From: a virus
IMG/VR virus record: IMGVR_UViG_3300009163_000026
Coordinates: 1 to 64,000 of that record
Reading direction: 5' to 3' (one strand)
DNA length: 64,000 nucleotides
A program made the translations under genes and the position numbers. Positions 37,535-48,327 of this stretch are shown one piece after another (within the stretch, counting starts at the first letter, position 1; each line of letters starts with the position of its first letter). Under the pieces are notes generated by a model. It saw nothing but the letters and a program-made list of their open reading frames with translations. It was not told where the DNA came from and did not search any database.

Positions 37535-37866
37535 AATGTTCCTTCTTCACCATACTTCTCTGCTTCATCTAGAGTTGTGGGTATACCAACCTTCCTAAAC
37601 TCCCTGGCTCCATAGAGATGAATCCTTCTAAAAAGCCTTTTTCGTGTACTAAACTCGCAATCTATTATAACACCAATGTTAAATAATGGATGTGTCTCAG
37701 GTACCTTAACATCTACTAAACGTAATGTAGGATCATCTTTTAGGTGTACGTAGTATCCAAGCCCATCTGACGTAAAGATCCATTCATTACCCATCTTGTC
37801 GTAGAGTTCTATTTCAATATCATTTAGACTCTCTTCTATATATACCTCAAGATAGCTGTATCTCAT
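37531..37866 (-). CDS. MRY-family paralog (first of a 7-gene array)
   Basis: MRYS; VPETHPLFN; TATAAATA upstream. Confidence 0.75.
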   Translation of the reverse strand: MRYSYLEVYIEESLNDIEIELYDKMGNEWIFTSDGLGYYVHLKDDPTLRLVDVKVPETHPLFNIGVIIDCEFSTRKRLFRRIHLYGAREFRKVGIPTTLDEAEKYGEEGTL

Positions 37867-37873
37867 ACTTTTT

Positions 37874-37882
37874 ATATTTATA
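37874..37882 (-). promoter_or_regulatory. T4-type late promoter TATAAATA (representative of >20 TAAATA sites)
   Basis: Directly upstream of the MRY array start 37866; matches gp55 consensus. Confidence 0.75.
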
Positions 37883-38002
37883 CTTTAATAGACACATAGG
37901 TTACTATTTATAATAGCTCTTGGGAGATAGACAAAGACTCCTGCAGAGCTAAACTCATACAGGAGTCCTTACAAATAGGGAGATGCAAGAGCATCCTATG
38001 AA

Positions 38003-38530
38003 TTACATGCGACGTTGGGTGTCCTTAAGAGGGCGACCCATAGCGTCTAGCCTAGGAGTTTTCCTCGGTTTGTTAAGCTCTTCGTTTCCTAAACCTCTAA
38101 CGCCTTCAGGTTTAGGTCTAGGACTGTTCTTCGGTTCGTTGAGATCTTTGTTTCCTAAACCTCTAACACCAGCCGGGCGTTTGAATTTGCCAGCCGATGG
38201 ACGCCTAACGTTCTCAGCATCCTCTTCGTCATCGTACTCCTCATCTTCCATGTCTTGCTCTTCAGGAGATTCATCTTCCATCGCTTCTACCTCACCACTA
38301 AGAATCATCGAAAGGTGCTCGCAAGCTTCACCTTCATCAATCGATCCATCTTCAACACCCTGTAATAACTGGGCTAAGAGGCCCATCAATCCTGGTTCAT
38401 CAGACTCTTCTGAGTCATTACCACTTGATTGACCTGAAGAGGACGACTTCGAACTACCACCGAGAGGCCCGCCTTGAGATATTGAACCTTCAAAAGCTTC
38501 CCACATTAAAACCTGATCTGTTTTGCGCAT
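38003..38530 (-). CDS. Disordered acidic/basic late protein with leader
   Basis: MRKTDQVLMWEAFE; GVRGLGN repeat x2; TATAAATA upstream. Confidence 0.65.
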   Translation of the reverse strand: MRKTDQVLMWEAFEGSISQGGPLGGSSKSSSSGQSSGNDSEESDEPGLMGLLAQLLQGVEDGSIDEGEACEHLSMILSGEVEAMEDESPEEQDMEDEEYDDEEDAENVRRPSAGKFKRPAGVRGLGNKDLNEPKNSPRPKPEGVRGLGNEELNKPRKTPRLDAMGRPLKDTQRRM

Positions 38531-38770
38531 AATATTATTTATACTAACAATAAAGATTTAATCTATTACCCTACCTTGATAGAGCTTTTTAGTTCTCCGC
38601 AAAGGTCTGAGATTCGATGTCTTAAATACTCTAGAGTTTCATCAAGCTCAGATTTTGTTGGATAGTCGCATTCAAACAGCTCATTGACTGCATTATGAAT
38701 TATAAAATCAACCGCTAATATTTGTTCTTTCTGCATATTCTTATTATAAGAGAGTTCCTATGCAGACAGA

Positions 38771-39082
38771 TCATACGGGCTTAGATTTTGCTTTAATCGT
38801 CACACGCAGTTTTTTAACTGCATCATGAAATAATTCTTCAGTACCGATTTTAATATAATCAGCTGTTTTAAGCACTAGTAATCCATAATTATAATACGGG
38901 TGGGTTTCAGGTATACCCATCCAATGTTCTGTAAGAAATATACCGGTTTCATCATCTGTTGAAATAATATCCCAGCTGCCATTCCTTGCAGCTAACACCA
39001 TATCATTCCCATCTCTATAGCAAAACGCAGACCTAAATTGTATCGGCCCATGCCGGCCAAAATATACAGCTGAATATCTCAT
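38771..39082 (-). CDS. MRY-family paralog (start corrected)
   Basis: MRYSA at 39082; IPETHPYYN. Confidence 0.72.
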   Translation of the reverse strand: MRYSAVYFGRHGPIQFRSAFCYRDGNDMVLAARNGSWDIISTDDETGIFLTEHWMGIPETHPYYNYGLLVLKTADYIKIGTEELFHDAVKKLRVTIKAKSKPV

Positions 39083-39093
39083 CTGTAAGATAT

Positions 39094-39513
39094 TTACTCT
39101 AAACAAACCAATAAAGGTCGCAACCTGTACTCTATTGCTGATTCAATTATATACCACCTACCGTCCTCGAACAAGTAATTATACTCTTCTAGGTCCTGTG
39201 TTAGATCGCTGAGCGTATCATAATGAGAGATCACCATTGACTCGCCGCGGTCGCGATGATATGCTACCGTGACGTCATTGATAGGCTCTTTAAACGAATG
39301 ATTCTCATCAGCAGTTGGCGCGATACGCTCTCTGAGACAGCTTAGAGAACCCAGAGCAATTAAAGCTTCGACCTTCTCGTCCGTATCGTAATGCTTTAAC
39401 AGCATAGCGCCTACCCCTGATGGATATCCATCATAATGACAATAGATTGTCTTGTAGCCGAAATCGTTATACTCTTTATTTGAGCTGATTGTAATGGTTG
39501 ATCTTGTCGACAT
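39094..39513 (-). CDS. Conserved phage hypothetical protein
   Basis: MSTRS...IYCHYDGYP..VG..L..HY...EEYNYLF. Confidence 0.7.
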   Translation of the reverse strand: MSTRSTITISSNKEYNDFGYKTIYCHYDGYPSGVGAMLLKHYDTDEKVEALIALGSLSCLRERIAPTADENHSFKEPINDVTVAYHRDRGESMVISHYDTLSDLTQDLEEYNYLFEDGRWYIIESAIEYRLRPLLVCLE

Positions 39514-39668
39514 ATTTTGTTGGATTATAATTCTGATACTTCAACACTAAAGCCATCCTGACGATAAGCAAGAGCGCATTCTGCGGCATTGCCATAATCG
39601 TCATAGTAAATAGTGAAAGCTTCGGGTCCGGAATTAACTGTTACTGCATAGGTCATAATATTATTATA

Positions 39669-40037
39669 TCAGAGTTCCTTTCGCTTTTTACGTCGCTTAT
39701 AATTAGAAAGAAGCTTTACAAGCCAAGGTTCTACAACTTTACTAGCAGGTAAGACAGCATCATACGTATCTAATACTGTTACTAATTCTGAATAACGCAA
39801 AAGCGTGCAATTAAAAAACGGATGATTCTCAAAAAAAGCAATTATGTAGCTATGCTGATCTTCCTCACCGATAAAATTCGGACACCACGCAAAGTCTTTT
39901 TCCTTTATCCAACTGTAATAATCATCCTCTAGGTCCTCCAGACCTTTAATAGAACTACTACCCAGTCGTGTTGGATCTTGATAACGGTAGAAGCTGTCAG
40001 CTTCAGTCATATCAATTGCTATAAAGTTAACACGCAT
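39669..40037 (-). CDS. Divergent MRY-family member (MRV start)
   Basis: FFENHPFFN at the equivalent position; TAAATA upstream. Confidence 0.6.
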   Translation of the reverse strand: MRVNFIAIDMTEADSFYRYQDPTRLGSSSIKGLEDLEDDYYSWIKEKDFAWCPNFIGEEDQHSYIIAFFENHPFFNCTLLRYSELVTVLDTYDAVLPASKVVEPWLVKLLSNYKRRKKRKEL

Positions 40038-40054
40038 GTAAGATTATTTATTAA

Positions 40055-40348
40055 CTAAACATCTAATTCTCTACGTGTCTCAAAATCCCGAGGATCAATA
40101 CCAATCTCTTTTAGACGAGCATCATATGCATCGCTGCTTGCATCATAAGGATCTGGAAGGTTCCAATATCCAAACCATTCGTCTACTTGGCCTTCGAGAC
40201 GTTGACGCGCTCTCTTATCAAAGATTGTACGGTTGTTGTTGCAGTAACCGCAGCCGCCATGATTGCGGCAAGAGCAGTCAAAAACCTTCGCACCGCGGTA
40301 GGGCTTACGATACTCCTTGTTGTACTTGATTGCTTTTTCTAGACTCAT
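40055..40348 (-). CDS. Conserved Cys-rich small phage protein
   Basis: RKPYRGAK..DCSCRNHGGC.YC. Confidence 0.7.
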   Translation of the reverse strand: MSLEKAIKYNKEYRKPYRGAKVFDCSCRNHGGCGYCNNNRTIFDKRARQRLEGQVDEWFGYWNLPDPYDASSDAYDARLKEIGIDPRDFETRRELDV

Positions 40349-40369
40349 AACTGATTATATCAGTGTTCC

Positions 40370-40579
40370 TTAATGGCTCAGAGCTTCTTCTCTGTCGCAA
40401 GCGTCTTTGATAACGCTATCAAGACCGCATATATCCTTGTTAGCAGACTCAATATCAACTACGAGAGCCATGGACTGCTCTTGAAATGCTTGAATCAATG
40501 CTGTATATCTTTCAAGGAGCTCACACTTCTGCTGTATCAGCTTATCTTGCTTTTCCTGTAATTGTATAACACTCATCAT
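40370..40579 (-). CDS. Small coiled-coil cassette gene
   Basis: Bounded by GGAAC motifs. Confidence 0.55.
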   Translation of the reverse strand: MMSVIQLQEKQDKLIQQKCELLERYTALIQAFQEQSMALVVDIESANKDICGLDSVIKDACDREEALSH

Positions 40580-40869
40580 ACATTTATTATATCAGAGTTC
40601 CTTTAACTATTAAAGTCTTCTGTCTTCTTCTTGATTAAATTCACTAGCTCCTTCTGCTTTAACACAAGGACAGCTAAGTCTTTTTTATCATCCTCTTTTG
40701 ATTTACCGAGCACATCACCGTAGTTTCTAAAGTTCATCAGCAATTTAATCTTCTTCTTAATCGTCAATAATTCCAACTGTAATGCGCCTTTATTCATACG
40801 TTATTATATACTGGGTGAGGTAGTTAGCAAGTTAATAAGTTAACTACGAGTATACAAGTTATTTAACGC

Positions 40870-41781
40870 TTAGATAGCATTTGATAACGTCTTTTTAAAG
40901 ACAGCGTTCTCTCCTCGCCCGTAGCGTTTTAGTTTACCAGCATCTTGAAGCTCTTTTAATGCAAGGTATGCTTGAGAAGGTGTGAGATTGAATTGCTGCA
41001 TTACTGCTTGCTTAGTAATATTAGGCGGATCTAGTTCAAGAATCGCGTTAGCGATCTCAGCTTTACGATCACCCTTACTCTGCGATCTCGCAACTTCTTT
41101 TTTACCTGTAACCTCAATACCACGTGAAGTCATAATAGCCGAATAATCTCCAATTCTCCCGTAGCGATTCTTATAGACGCTCAATACGCGTTGAGTCTCG
41201 TCGCCATCAGGATCTAGAGTAATCATAAAGTTAACATCAACACTATGCGGCACTAAAGTACTGCCTTTCAATTGATTACCAGACTTAGTAAAGTGCATTA
41301 CAAAGACAACAGCGCAATTCGTACGCTTAGCAGCGCTAATTAAAGTCGTAACAGCATAGCGTTCAAGCTCGGAGCGATTGAGCTTATGCTCAGTAGTAAG
41401 CGCTTGAAAAGAATCGACAACGAGAATATCGAGATCATCCATAGCAGCAGCAAGACTATCAATATCAGTCTCGTTAGCAATTTGAACATTCTGAACGTTC
41501 AATCGCTTGCAAGTATAAGCAACTTGCTGCATACTCTCTTCACCGCTCGCATAGCCTACGCTATAGCCATTATTAGCGAGAGCTTCAGTTAATTGAAGCA
41601 ACGCTGTAGACTTACCCGCTCCTGCAGCTCCTGTAAACGTCATTGCACATCCAGGAAGAATTCCATCTCCGAAGAGATTATCAAACTCTTCAATTCCAGT
41701 TTTCATTCGGCAATAGAATGAGCTTGGAATCTCAATATCTGATACCTTTCTAAACGACGATTTAGTTAAATTTAAGTTCAT
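40870..41781 (-). CDS. RadA/Sms-like RecA-family ATPase with C-terminal wHTH-like region
   Basis: GAAGAGKST, SGEES, VVDSFQ, H.TKSG..KGS..PH.VD, KNRYG. Confidence 0.8.
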   Translation of the reverse strand: MNLNLTKSSFRKVSDIEIPSSFYCRMKTGIEEFDNLFGDGILPGCAMTFTGAAGAGKSTALLQLTEALANNGYSVGYASGEESMQQVAYTCKRLNVQNVQIANETDIDSLAAAMDDLDILVVDSFQALTTEHKLNRSELERYAVTTLISAAKRTNCAVVFVMHFTKSGNQLKGSTLVPHSVDVNFMITLDPDGDETQRVLSVYKNRYGRIGDYSAIMTSRGIEVTGKKEVARSQSKGDRKAEIANAILELDPPNITKQAVMQQFNLTPSQAYLALKELQDAGKLKRYGRGENAVFKKTLSNAI

Positions 41782-42369
41782 AATTTATTTTCTCTTCTCC
41801 TAATTATACGAGTGTTCCCTTTGCTAATCTCTTGAAACTATTACTTATTATTGTAATAGTTCTCGAGCGGGTGCCGCAGGTTTACTTTAAAAGGAGTTTT
41901 ATACCAGCCACGAATCTGCTCACCGTTAACGTTGTAAAAGTTAGCAACTCTCCCGCTACCTGAGAGTTTAATGTAAGCTCTCATCGCTTTTGCATTATCA
42001 ATAGTAGCTTTGTAATTACTTCCAAGTTTTACTTTATAATACGCTCTCCAAAATATATTCATTGTATCGCAATTATACGATAGTTCCCTTACCAGGAAAT
42101 CGTTCGCGAAGAACCAAGCTCATTACCGCCTTCAAACTTATAACCAGCACGCTGAAGAAATTCTTCGACGCAAGGCGAAAGACTAGTTCGCGTAATATTA
42201 ATAGAGAATTTTCCCAAAACAGCTGCGCCCCAAATATCCCCATCCAGAGCTTTAAGTTGGTTCTGACTCTCAAGTGTTGTAATCTTGTTAGCGATGTCTC
42301 TTGCTTCTTGCGCTGTAATCATACTTAATATTAGTATCAAATGTAGCAGAGTCAACTGTTTAAAACAAA

Positions 42370-42404
42370 AAAAACTCCTGTAGATTAAATCTACAGGAGT
42401 TTTT
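42370..42404 (-). terminator. Intrinsic terminator
   Basis: aaaaactcctgtagat/atctacaggagttttt. Confidence 0.85.
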
Positions 42405-42417
42405 ACTTTAATTTTCT

Positions 42418-42840
42418 TTACATGTTATCAAAATCAATTTCTGCTACACCTTTATCCTTTACTTCAATATCTGCCATGGTTTTGCCAGCGGATGCTTTAA
42501 AAGCATCTGTCCATTGTTTACTGTTGTGATCGATCTTCACATCATCGAGGAAGTAAAAAGCTAACTTAGGATCCTCCTGATCATACTCACCTTGTTCATT
42601 AGCAAAAACAATAGCAGGTCCTGCTGCGTTATGAAGAACATCATTTTCTGTATCACTTATCTTCTTTGTATAAAACATAACAATATTTTTTGAACCATCT
42701 TTAAAATCATTTAGTCTAAGATTTTGACCTTTTTGGTTATAAAGGTGACTGGCGGAATTATTAAGATTCTCTGCATCTGCAGTACCTTCTAGGATAAGAC
42801 GAGCAATGTCGCCTAGGGATTGGATGTCTGATTTTCTCAT
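42418..42840 (-). CDS. Late protein with leader
   Basis: MRKSD...LILE|G; LHN..GPAI motif; TATAAATA upstream. Confidence 0.6.
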   Translation of the reverse strand: MRKSDIQSLGDIARLILEGTADAENLNNSASHLYNQKGQNLRLNDFKDGSKNIVMFYTKKISDTENDVLHNAAGPAIVFANEQGEYDQEDPKLAFYFLDDVKIDHNSKQWTDAFKASAGKTMADIEVKDKGVAEIDFDNM

Positions 42841-42866
42841 ATGTTTATATTTATATAGTCTGTTTA

Positions 42867-43964
42867 TTATTTATCAAGATTAATAGCGTTAAATTCTACA
42901 TCTGATCCATTATCTAATGCCCATTTAACAAACGGTAAACTACTACTACGATCTGTTCCGCCTGTCGGTATTAAGAATACAGTTTTTACCTCTGGCAGGT
43001 AGGACTTTTTAAAGTCAGCCTCTATACAATCTGTAAGGAATATAAATCCGTGAAATCTATCCATAGGCATATCAGTATCATCAAAATCAACGCGTTCACC
43101 AGTAATTGTATCTCTAAAGCCTTTCTCAAATATGCATTTCATTGTTGTTCCCCAGTCGTTACCACCAGAGAAGCCTGTTTCTATAGTCGGTCTAATAATA
43201 TCAATCATTGCATAGGGATCTTTATTGCCTTCAGATGGAGTAAAATCGATATAATGCCAGACATTACCACTGTAAAAAATAATACGAATGACACCTAGAC
43301 TACTTCGATGTTCTTCAGCGATGCTAAAGACAGCACCCATAAACGTTTCTAGCATTGGAGGATTACCAGCAGTAATAGAACCAGAAGTATCTATACATAT
43401 AGCAAGATTACCTAAGGTAGGCTTGCCTGGAACCTTTCCTGGTACACCTGAACTTCCCTGCTCTATACGATTTAAACTAGCTCTATGACTCTTCGAGTGA
43501 TCTCGACCACCTTTTGGTTTGAATGCTCCAAGCATGCCTTGAAGAATATAGCGCCAATCTGCTTCAGGTATTTCTATATCGTCTAAAATAGTTTTAGCCT
43601 TAGCGTTTTCTCTCTGAGCTCTAACCTGTTCAGCGTGTTTATGAGCTTTACGTATAATTTCTACTTCACTTTCCTGATCTTCATTATTTCCATCATTGGG
43701 TACATCAGAACCAGGTAGACCTTCAGCTCCATCACCTTCATGCATATCATTAACGGGTATAATACCTCCTGGAGTACCTGGAGGACCTTTACCTCCTCCT
43801 GGAGTACCTGGAGGACCTTTACCTCCTCCTGGAGTACCTGGAGGACCTTTACCTCCTCCTGGAGGACCGTCGCCCGGAGTACCGCTGCCACCGCCACCGC
43901 CCCCGCTTGGTACCCCACCACCTGGACCTACAACACCTTCTATTATAAACTTAAACTTCTTCAT
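42867..43964 (-). CDS. vWA (MIDAS) protein, DUF2201 C-terminal-like, Gly/Pro-rich N-terminus
   Basis: ICIDTSGSI, GG.D, FLTD; GPPGTPGGGK x3. Confidence 0.8.
   Translation of the reverse strand: MKKFKFIIEGVVGPGGGVPSGGGGGGSGTPGDGPPGGGKGPPGTPGGGKGPPGTPGGGKGPPGTPGGIIPVNDMHEGDGAEGLPGSDVPNDGNNEDQESEVEIIRKAHKHAEQVRAQRENAKAKTILDDIEIPEADWRYILQGMLGAFKPKGGRDHSKSHRASLNRIEQGSSGVPGKVPGKPTLGNLAICIDTSGSITAGNPPMLETFMGAVFSIAEEHRSSLGVIRIIFYSGNVWHYIDFTPSEGNKDPYAMIDIIRPTIETGFSGGNDWGTTMKCIFEKGFRDTITGERVDFDDTDMPMDRFHGFIFLTDCIEADFKKSYLPEVKTVFLIPTGGTDRSSSLPFVKWALDNGSDVEFNAINLDK
43765..43868. repeat. 30-nt tandem repeat in vWA gene
   Basis: cctcctggagtacctggaggacctttac units. Confidence 0.85.
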
Positions 43965-43970
43965 AATTCA

Positions 43971-44867
43971 TTAATATTTAATTACCTCTATAGGTATGGG
44001 AAATACAGGGACTTGAATAACAGGTTTTGTTTCATAATCTCCGTTTGGTAAGATACTTACAACTTCTTGCCAATCAGGAGGATCAGAGCCTTTAATCATA
44101 AGCTTATCACCTACTTTAAACTTATAATCTGCAGGTGCTAATAAATTAGGGGTAAGTGTCGGATTCTCTTTCTGTATTCTTTCTATCTCACGAGCATCTT
44201 TTAACATTAGAGTATATAATCTTTCTGCAGAGCTGCCCTTCACCATATACCTCTTCCCAGTGAAGAATACCGGAAACTGTGTAAGACCATCTGCACCACA
44301 TAACATACCGTCCTCGGGCGGTTTGAGACCATATGTATGCTCTAAATGATAATTCATCTCATAATCTGTAGCGATATTCCAAAGCCGGATTGGTCGCTTG
44401 TCATGGTCAAAGAGTACTATAGCTTGTCGTCCTCGCTTACGATCAAACGTTTGATTAAAAATATGATAAACTTCATGCGCGAGAACAAACGCTATTGGAT
44501 TATTTTGGTCAAGTATTTTAAAGCCCTTGTCACTCAGTTGTACACTACCTTTACCAATCTCGAGCATAAAATCAGGGTTAATATAAAGATTACGTTTATC
44601 ATCTACGGCCATAGTAGGTACATCAAAAGTTATTTGAATACTCATTTGTCTAAGGAGAAATCCAAAGTATGGATGAGTGTTATCCATATGATCTCTGAGT
44701 GCTGCTATTAAAGATTGTACAACGGTTGGATTATAATCAGAATGTCCAGGTGTATTGCTCTCATTAATAGCTTGTTTATAACGACGGGTAATGACTTGCT
44801 TACTCGGTAATGGTCTCTTATAAAGCTCATTTATAAGAAGGTTATATTGATTATTAAACTTAAGCAT
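43971..44867 (-). CDS. Zn metallopeptidase-like (DUF2201 N-terminal-like)
   Basis: TMAVD...INPDF, FVLAHEVYH, WNIATDY..N. Confidence 0.8.
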   Translation of the reverse strand: MLKFNNQYNLLINELYKRPLPSKQVITRRYKQAINESNTPGHSDYNPTVVQSLIAALRDHMDNTHPYFGFLLRQMSIQITFDVPTMAVDDKRNLYINPDFMLEIGKGSVQLSDKGFKILDQNNPIAFVLAHEVYHIFNQTFDRKRGRQAIVLFDHDKRPIRLWNIATDYEMNYHLEHTYGLKPPEDGMLCGADGLTQFPVFFTGKRYMVKGSSAERLYTLMLKDAREIERIQKENPTLTPNLLAPADYKFKVGDKLMIKGSDPPDWQEVVSILPNGDYETKPVIQVPVFPIPIEVIKY

Positions 44868-44870
44868 ATA

Positions 44871-46847
44871 TTATGGATGAGTTAAAAACTTAAGACTCTG
44901 TTGAACTAAAATGTTAATTTCTTCTAATGAAGCTCCTTCTTCTTCCTCGTCTTCTGATGAAGCTCCTTCTTCTTCCTCGTTATCGTCATTAAAATGTTCG
45001 CTCAGCTTACGTTGCAGCGACGCCATAGCGTCTTTCATTTCTTGCTGGCTAAATTCAATATCTTTGCCTCTATCATCTTTGATTTTCTGTTGTTGTGCTG
45101 GAGTGAGATTCTTATCTAGAGCGAGCTTGAATAAAGGAAATAGCTCTATATCATTATGCTTAGCATTTGCAAGATAGCTATATGTTACTGCCGCAAGATC
45201 TCTAGCATTTTCCGCTATCTGTGTATTTATAATACTATAAATTCTTGAGATAGTTTTAAATTCATTATCAATATCTTTATTAAAACTAACAGGTATGCTA
45301 TCAGCAAACTCTTTATACTTTTTCTCATTACCATGAGGGTGCGGGATTGGTACCTTACCAGTAACATAATCACCTAACCCACAGTTTGTAATAAACTGTC
45401 TCATGATTGATTGAAATAGATTTTTAAGTTGACCCATACCGCTAGTCACCTGCTGCGCTGTACCACCCTTACTTTTCCCAGTAGAAGTTTTTGAAGCGTA
45501 AGTCAGCTTTTGTATAATTGAATCCCTAGCTTCAGAATCACTACTAAACTTAAAGATACCCTTAATGTTATTATTTATACTCATTATGTATTCTTTAAAT
45601 CGACTGGCCCACTTCGAGTTAATTTTAGCTTGTGTGTCTTGTATTATATCCTTTAAATATGTCTCAGCGAGTATCTTGTCTAATTCACTCTTTTTACTTT
45701 GAAGTTGCGCATTCGCACGAGCCTTCTCCGGTGTACCATCAATAAGCGTCTCATAGTTTGATGTTAATTCAGCAATTTCACCTGTTAATCGCTTATTTGC
45801 CGCATTAGTTATAAAATCTTGCGTGTATATAAATTCAGAGAGAGCAACGAAGTTTCTCGGATTCGGGGCATTATGGCCGATTGATTTTTTGTTACCTCCC
45901 TGTTTAATGAATGTGGTTTTAAATTCCTCTTCAGACTGAGCTTCTTTCATTTGCTTTAAGAATCCCATTACAAGTGGATGAATCAGAGAGTGTTCAGTAC
46001 CATCTCTCTTGGTAACTTTTACAGTATCAGCCCATTCTTTCCAGCTTTTGAAATCTATTTCAAGCCATACCGATTTAAAGCGGTCCCGTAGAGCATCTAA
46101 CATCTTCTCTACTCCTAAACCACTTTCAGGAAGATTACCAGCACCATGAACTGTCCAAGCTTCTTTGTTAGCTATTCTTCGTCCAGAGATCATTCTCTCA
46201 TCCTTATGAAGAAGTCCGTATAGAGCTGTCTGTGTACCGGTCTCAGCTTGGTTGATCTCATCTAAGAATAACATACCTGCAGCATTAGGCAAGAATAAAA
46301 CTACCATCCAGGTTTCAAATAAAGAGTCCATTGTATCTTTTTTTGTTTGAGATTTAAATGGCGTGCCTTTTAGTTCATATTTTTCGTAAGCTGTCATACG
46401 AACATCAATAAAAATATAATACTTATCGGGGTTTTCGTAAACTTCGGTAAATTTATCCTCATTTGAGCCTAATTTTACAAGCTCGATAAATTCCCTTGTG
46501 CCGTTATACCTTGATTGACAAATATGTTTAGCAGTATCAAGTATAATAGCGGATTTACCCATCCCGGGATCACCTAATACACAAATAGAATGATTAAGAT
46601 CGTTATCATAACCGTTAGAATTTTTAAAGAGATATTCTCTTAAAGAAGGTATATCCATAACGGGTAATTCCATCCCGCCTCTGATTGCTGTCTTATCAAC
46701 TGTAGATCTAAACGGTATATTTTCCATAGATGAAGGTAGTAGACCTTCATCTGAATCCTCATAGTCAAAGGGAGCCTCAGTTAGTAATGATACTCGTTGA
46801 CCTTTGTTATTTTTCTCTAAAAATTGTAAATAGTAGTCAGTTGACAT
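44871..46847 (-). CDS. MoxR-like AAA+ ATPase
   Basis: GDPGMGKS, LFLDEINQA, AGN, ALRDRF, PNPRNF. Confidence 0.85.
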   Translation of the reverse strand: MSTDYYLQFLEKNNKGQRVSLLTEAPFDYEDSDEGLLPSSMENIPFRSTVDKTAIRGGMELPVMDIPSLREYLFKNSNGYDNDLNHSICVLGDPGMGKSAIILDTAKHICQSRYNGTREFIELVKLGSNEDKFTEVYENPDKYYIFIDVRMTAYEKYELKGTPFKSQTKKDTMDSLFETWMVVLFLPNAAGMLFLDEINQAETGTQTALYGLLHKDERMISGRRIANKEAWTVHGAGNLPESGLGVEKMLDALRDRFKSVWLEIDFKSWKEWADTVKVTKRDGTEHSLIHPLVMGFLKQMKEAQSEEEFKTTFIKQGGNKKSIGHNAPNPRNFVALSEFIYTQDFITNAANKRLTGEIAELTSNYETLIDGTPEKARANAQLQSKKSELDKILAETYLKDIIQDTQAKINSKWASRFKEYIMSINNNIKGIFKFSSDSEARDSIIQKLTYASKTSTGKSKGGTAQQVTSGMGQLKNLFQSIMRQFITNCGLGDYVTGKVPIPHPHGNEKKYKEFADSIPVSFNKDIDNEFKTISRIYSIINTQIAENARDLAAVTYSYLANAKHNDIELFPLFKLALDKNLTPAQQQKIKDDRGKDIEFSQQEMKDAMASLQRKLSEHFNDDNEEEEGASSEDEEEEGASLEEINILVQQSLKFLTHP

Positions 46848-46888
46848 GATATATCTATTTATGCCTCGTGAGTAAATACTCTATAAAC

Positions 46889-47248
46889 TTAAAGCTTAAA
46901 ACTATTCGGCTTAACACTACGGATATACTGCTCACCATATGCCTCAAGTGTTCCAGAGATAAACTGAAACTGTCTCTGTGAGAGGGAGTCAATATCTTTT
47001 AACTTCTTATAGCTTATAAGGTATTCAGCTTTAAATTTATCCTCCCTATCCTCTCTCTTATACCATTTAAGTCCATTGGCGTAAGGCTTAACCTTACCAG
47101 CAAAGTGGAAAGCTGTTAATGTAGCGTAACCACCTTTCTTTTCTGCGGCTGCTTGTATCTTAGCAGCTCCAGAAGCCCGCTTCTTTATAAATTCAAGGAA
47201 ATCATCTACTGTATCTATAATTTTTTCAAAAAGTCCAATGAATTGCAT
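46889..47248 (-). CDS. Late protein with CTS-like leader
   Basis: MQFIGLFE; TATAAATA upstream. Confidence 0.6.
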   Translation of the reverse strand: MQFIGLFEKIIDTVDDFLEFIKKRASGAAKIQAAAEKKGGYATLTAFHFAGKVKPYANGLKWYKREDREDKFKAEYLISYKKLKDIDSLSQRQFQFISGTLEAYGEQYIRSVKPNSFKL

Positions 47249-47540
47249 ATAGATATATTTATAGGTAAGGCTGTTGATTATAATTAATACCTTCAGTTAC
47301 TCCACATGAGAACATATGAAGAATAGCTTTTTCAAGCTGCTCGATAGTAAAGAGTTTCAGTGTCATAAAGTCTCTATAGGTGTTGAACTTGAATGCATTG
47401 CCTTCTAAGCATGTATATGCTGTATTAAATGCATCCTGCGTGTTAAACTTAATGTAGAGGCCTTCGAGCGGTTGGTTGATATCAATTGTCATATTATGAT
47501 TGTAAGTAAGTTCCTTTGTCGTAATTATTTGTAGAGAAAA

Positions 47541-47573
47541 TAAAACGCCCGGTACTAAGTACCGGGCGTTTTA
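47541..47573 (-). terminator. Intrinsic terminator
   Basis: taaaacgcccggtact/agtaccgggcgtttta. Confidence 0.85.
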
Positions 47574-47594
47574 TTTAGTTATGCAATCAGTATA

Positions 47595-47822
47595 TTACTT
47601 AGTAGTAATGCCATTCATCTTGAGCGCACGTGCCAGGTCGCGTGGTGCGACTCGGACCCACTCAGACGATCCACCTGTCTTAGTCTCCATCAACGCACTA
47701 TGGCCTTGGATCTCAAACTCACCATTCGGCTGCCGCAGAAAGGTAACGTTGAAGTTCTTAGGGTTCTTAGTTGCATTGCGATTTGCGAGATACTCGCTCC
47801 ATGTTTCGTTTGTTTTCTTCAT
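47595..47822 (-). CDS. Hypothetical protein
   Basis: 75 aa ORF followed by terminator. Confidence 0.6.
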   Translation of the reverse strand: MKKTNETWSEYLANRNATKNPKNFNVTFLRQPNGEFEIQGHSALMETKTGGSSEWVRVAPRDLARALKMNGITTK

Positions 47823-48327
47823 AAATTATATTATCATTATATGATCTATCCTATACAAATCAAGAGATATTCTCAGATGATTTGACCTTCTCAATCCAGC
47901 CTTCCTGGATGATCATCCAATCGTGGATGCATGCACGCTCAGCAATTAACCGCTGAGCGCATCCCTGACGGGCATCGGTTATGTGAGTACGAGACCATCG
48001 AGTGAAGAAGCGCTCCAGTACCTCCTCACGCGTAAGGCGTACCGTCCTGGTGCCGATTGGATGATCGTTCTCAGCGTATTCAGGCTCTGTGTGGCAGTAG
48101 TAAATCATATTATTATTATATTAGAGTTCCCTTAATAGCATTCACTATCTGTCATTCCTTTTAATGAGATTGACTTACGCTTACGATATGTTGGTGACCG
48201 CAGGTAGATATTCTCACGCTCCACTGGCTTGAAGATGACTGACGAGACGTCTTTATGCTTCAGCAGTGAGATTGGATCTGGCTTAATAACTTGTTTTACA
48301 AACATACTTTATTATATTGAAGTTCCC

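Noticed and set aside
26039-37866. Diversity-generating retroelement as source of MRY variation
   Set aside because: No reverse transcriptase in the window and no near-identical template/variable pair differing only at adenines
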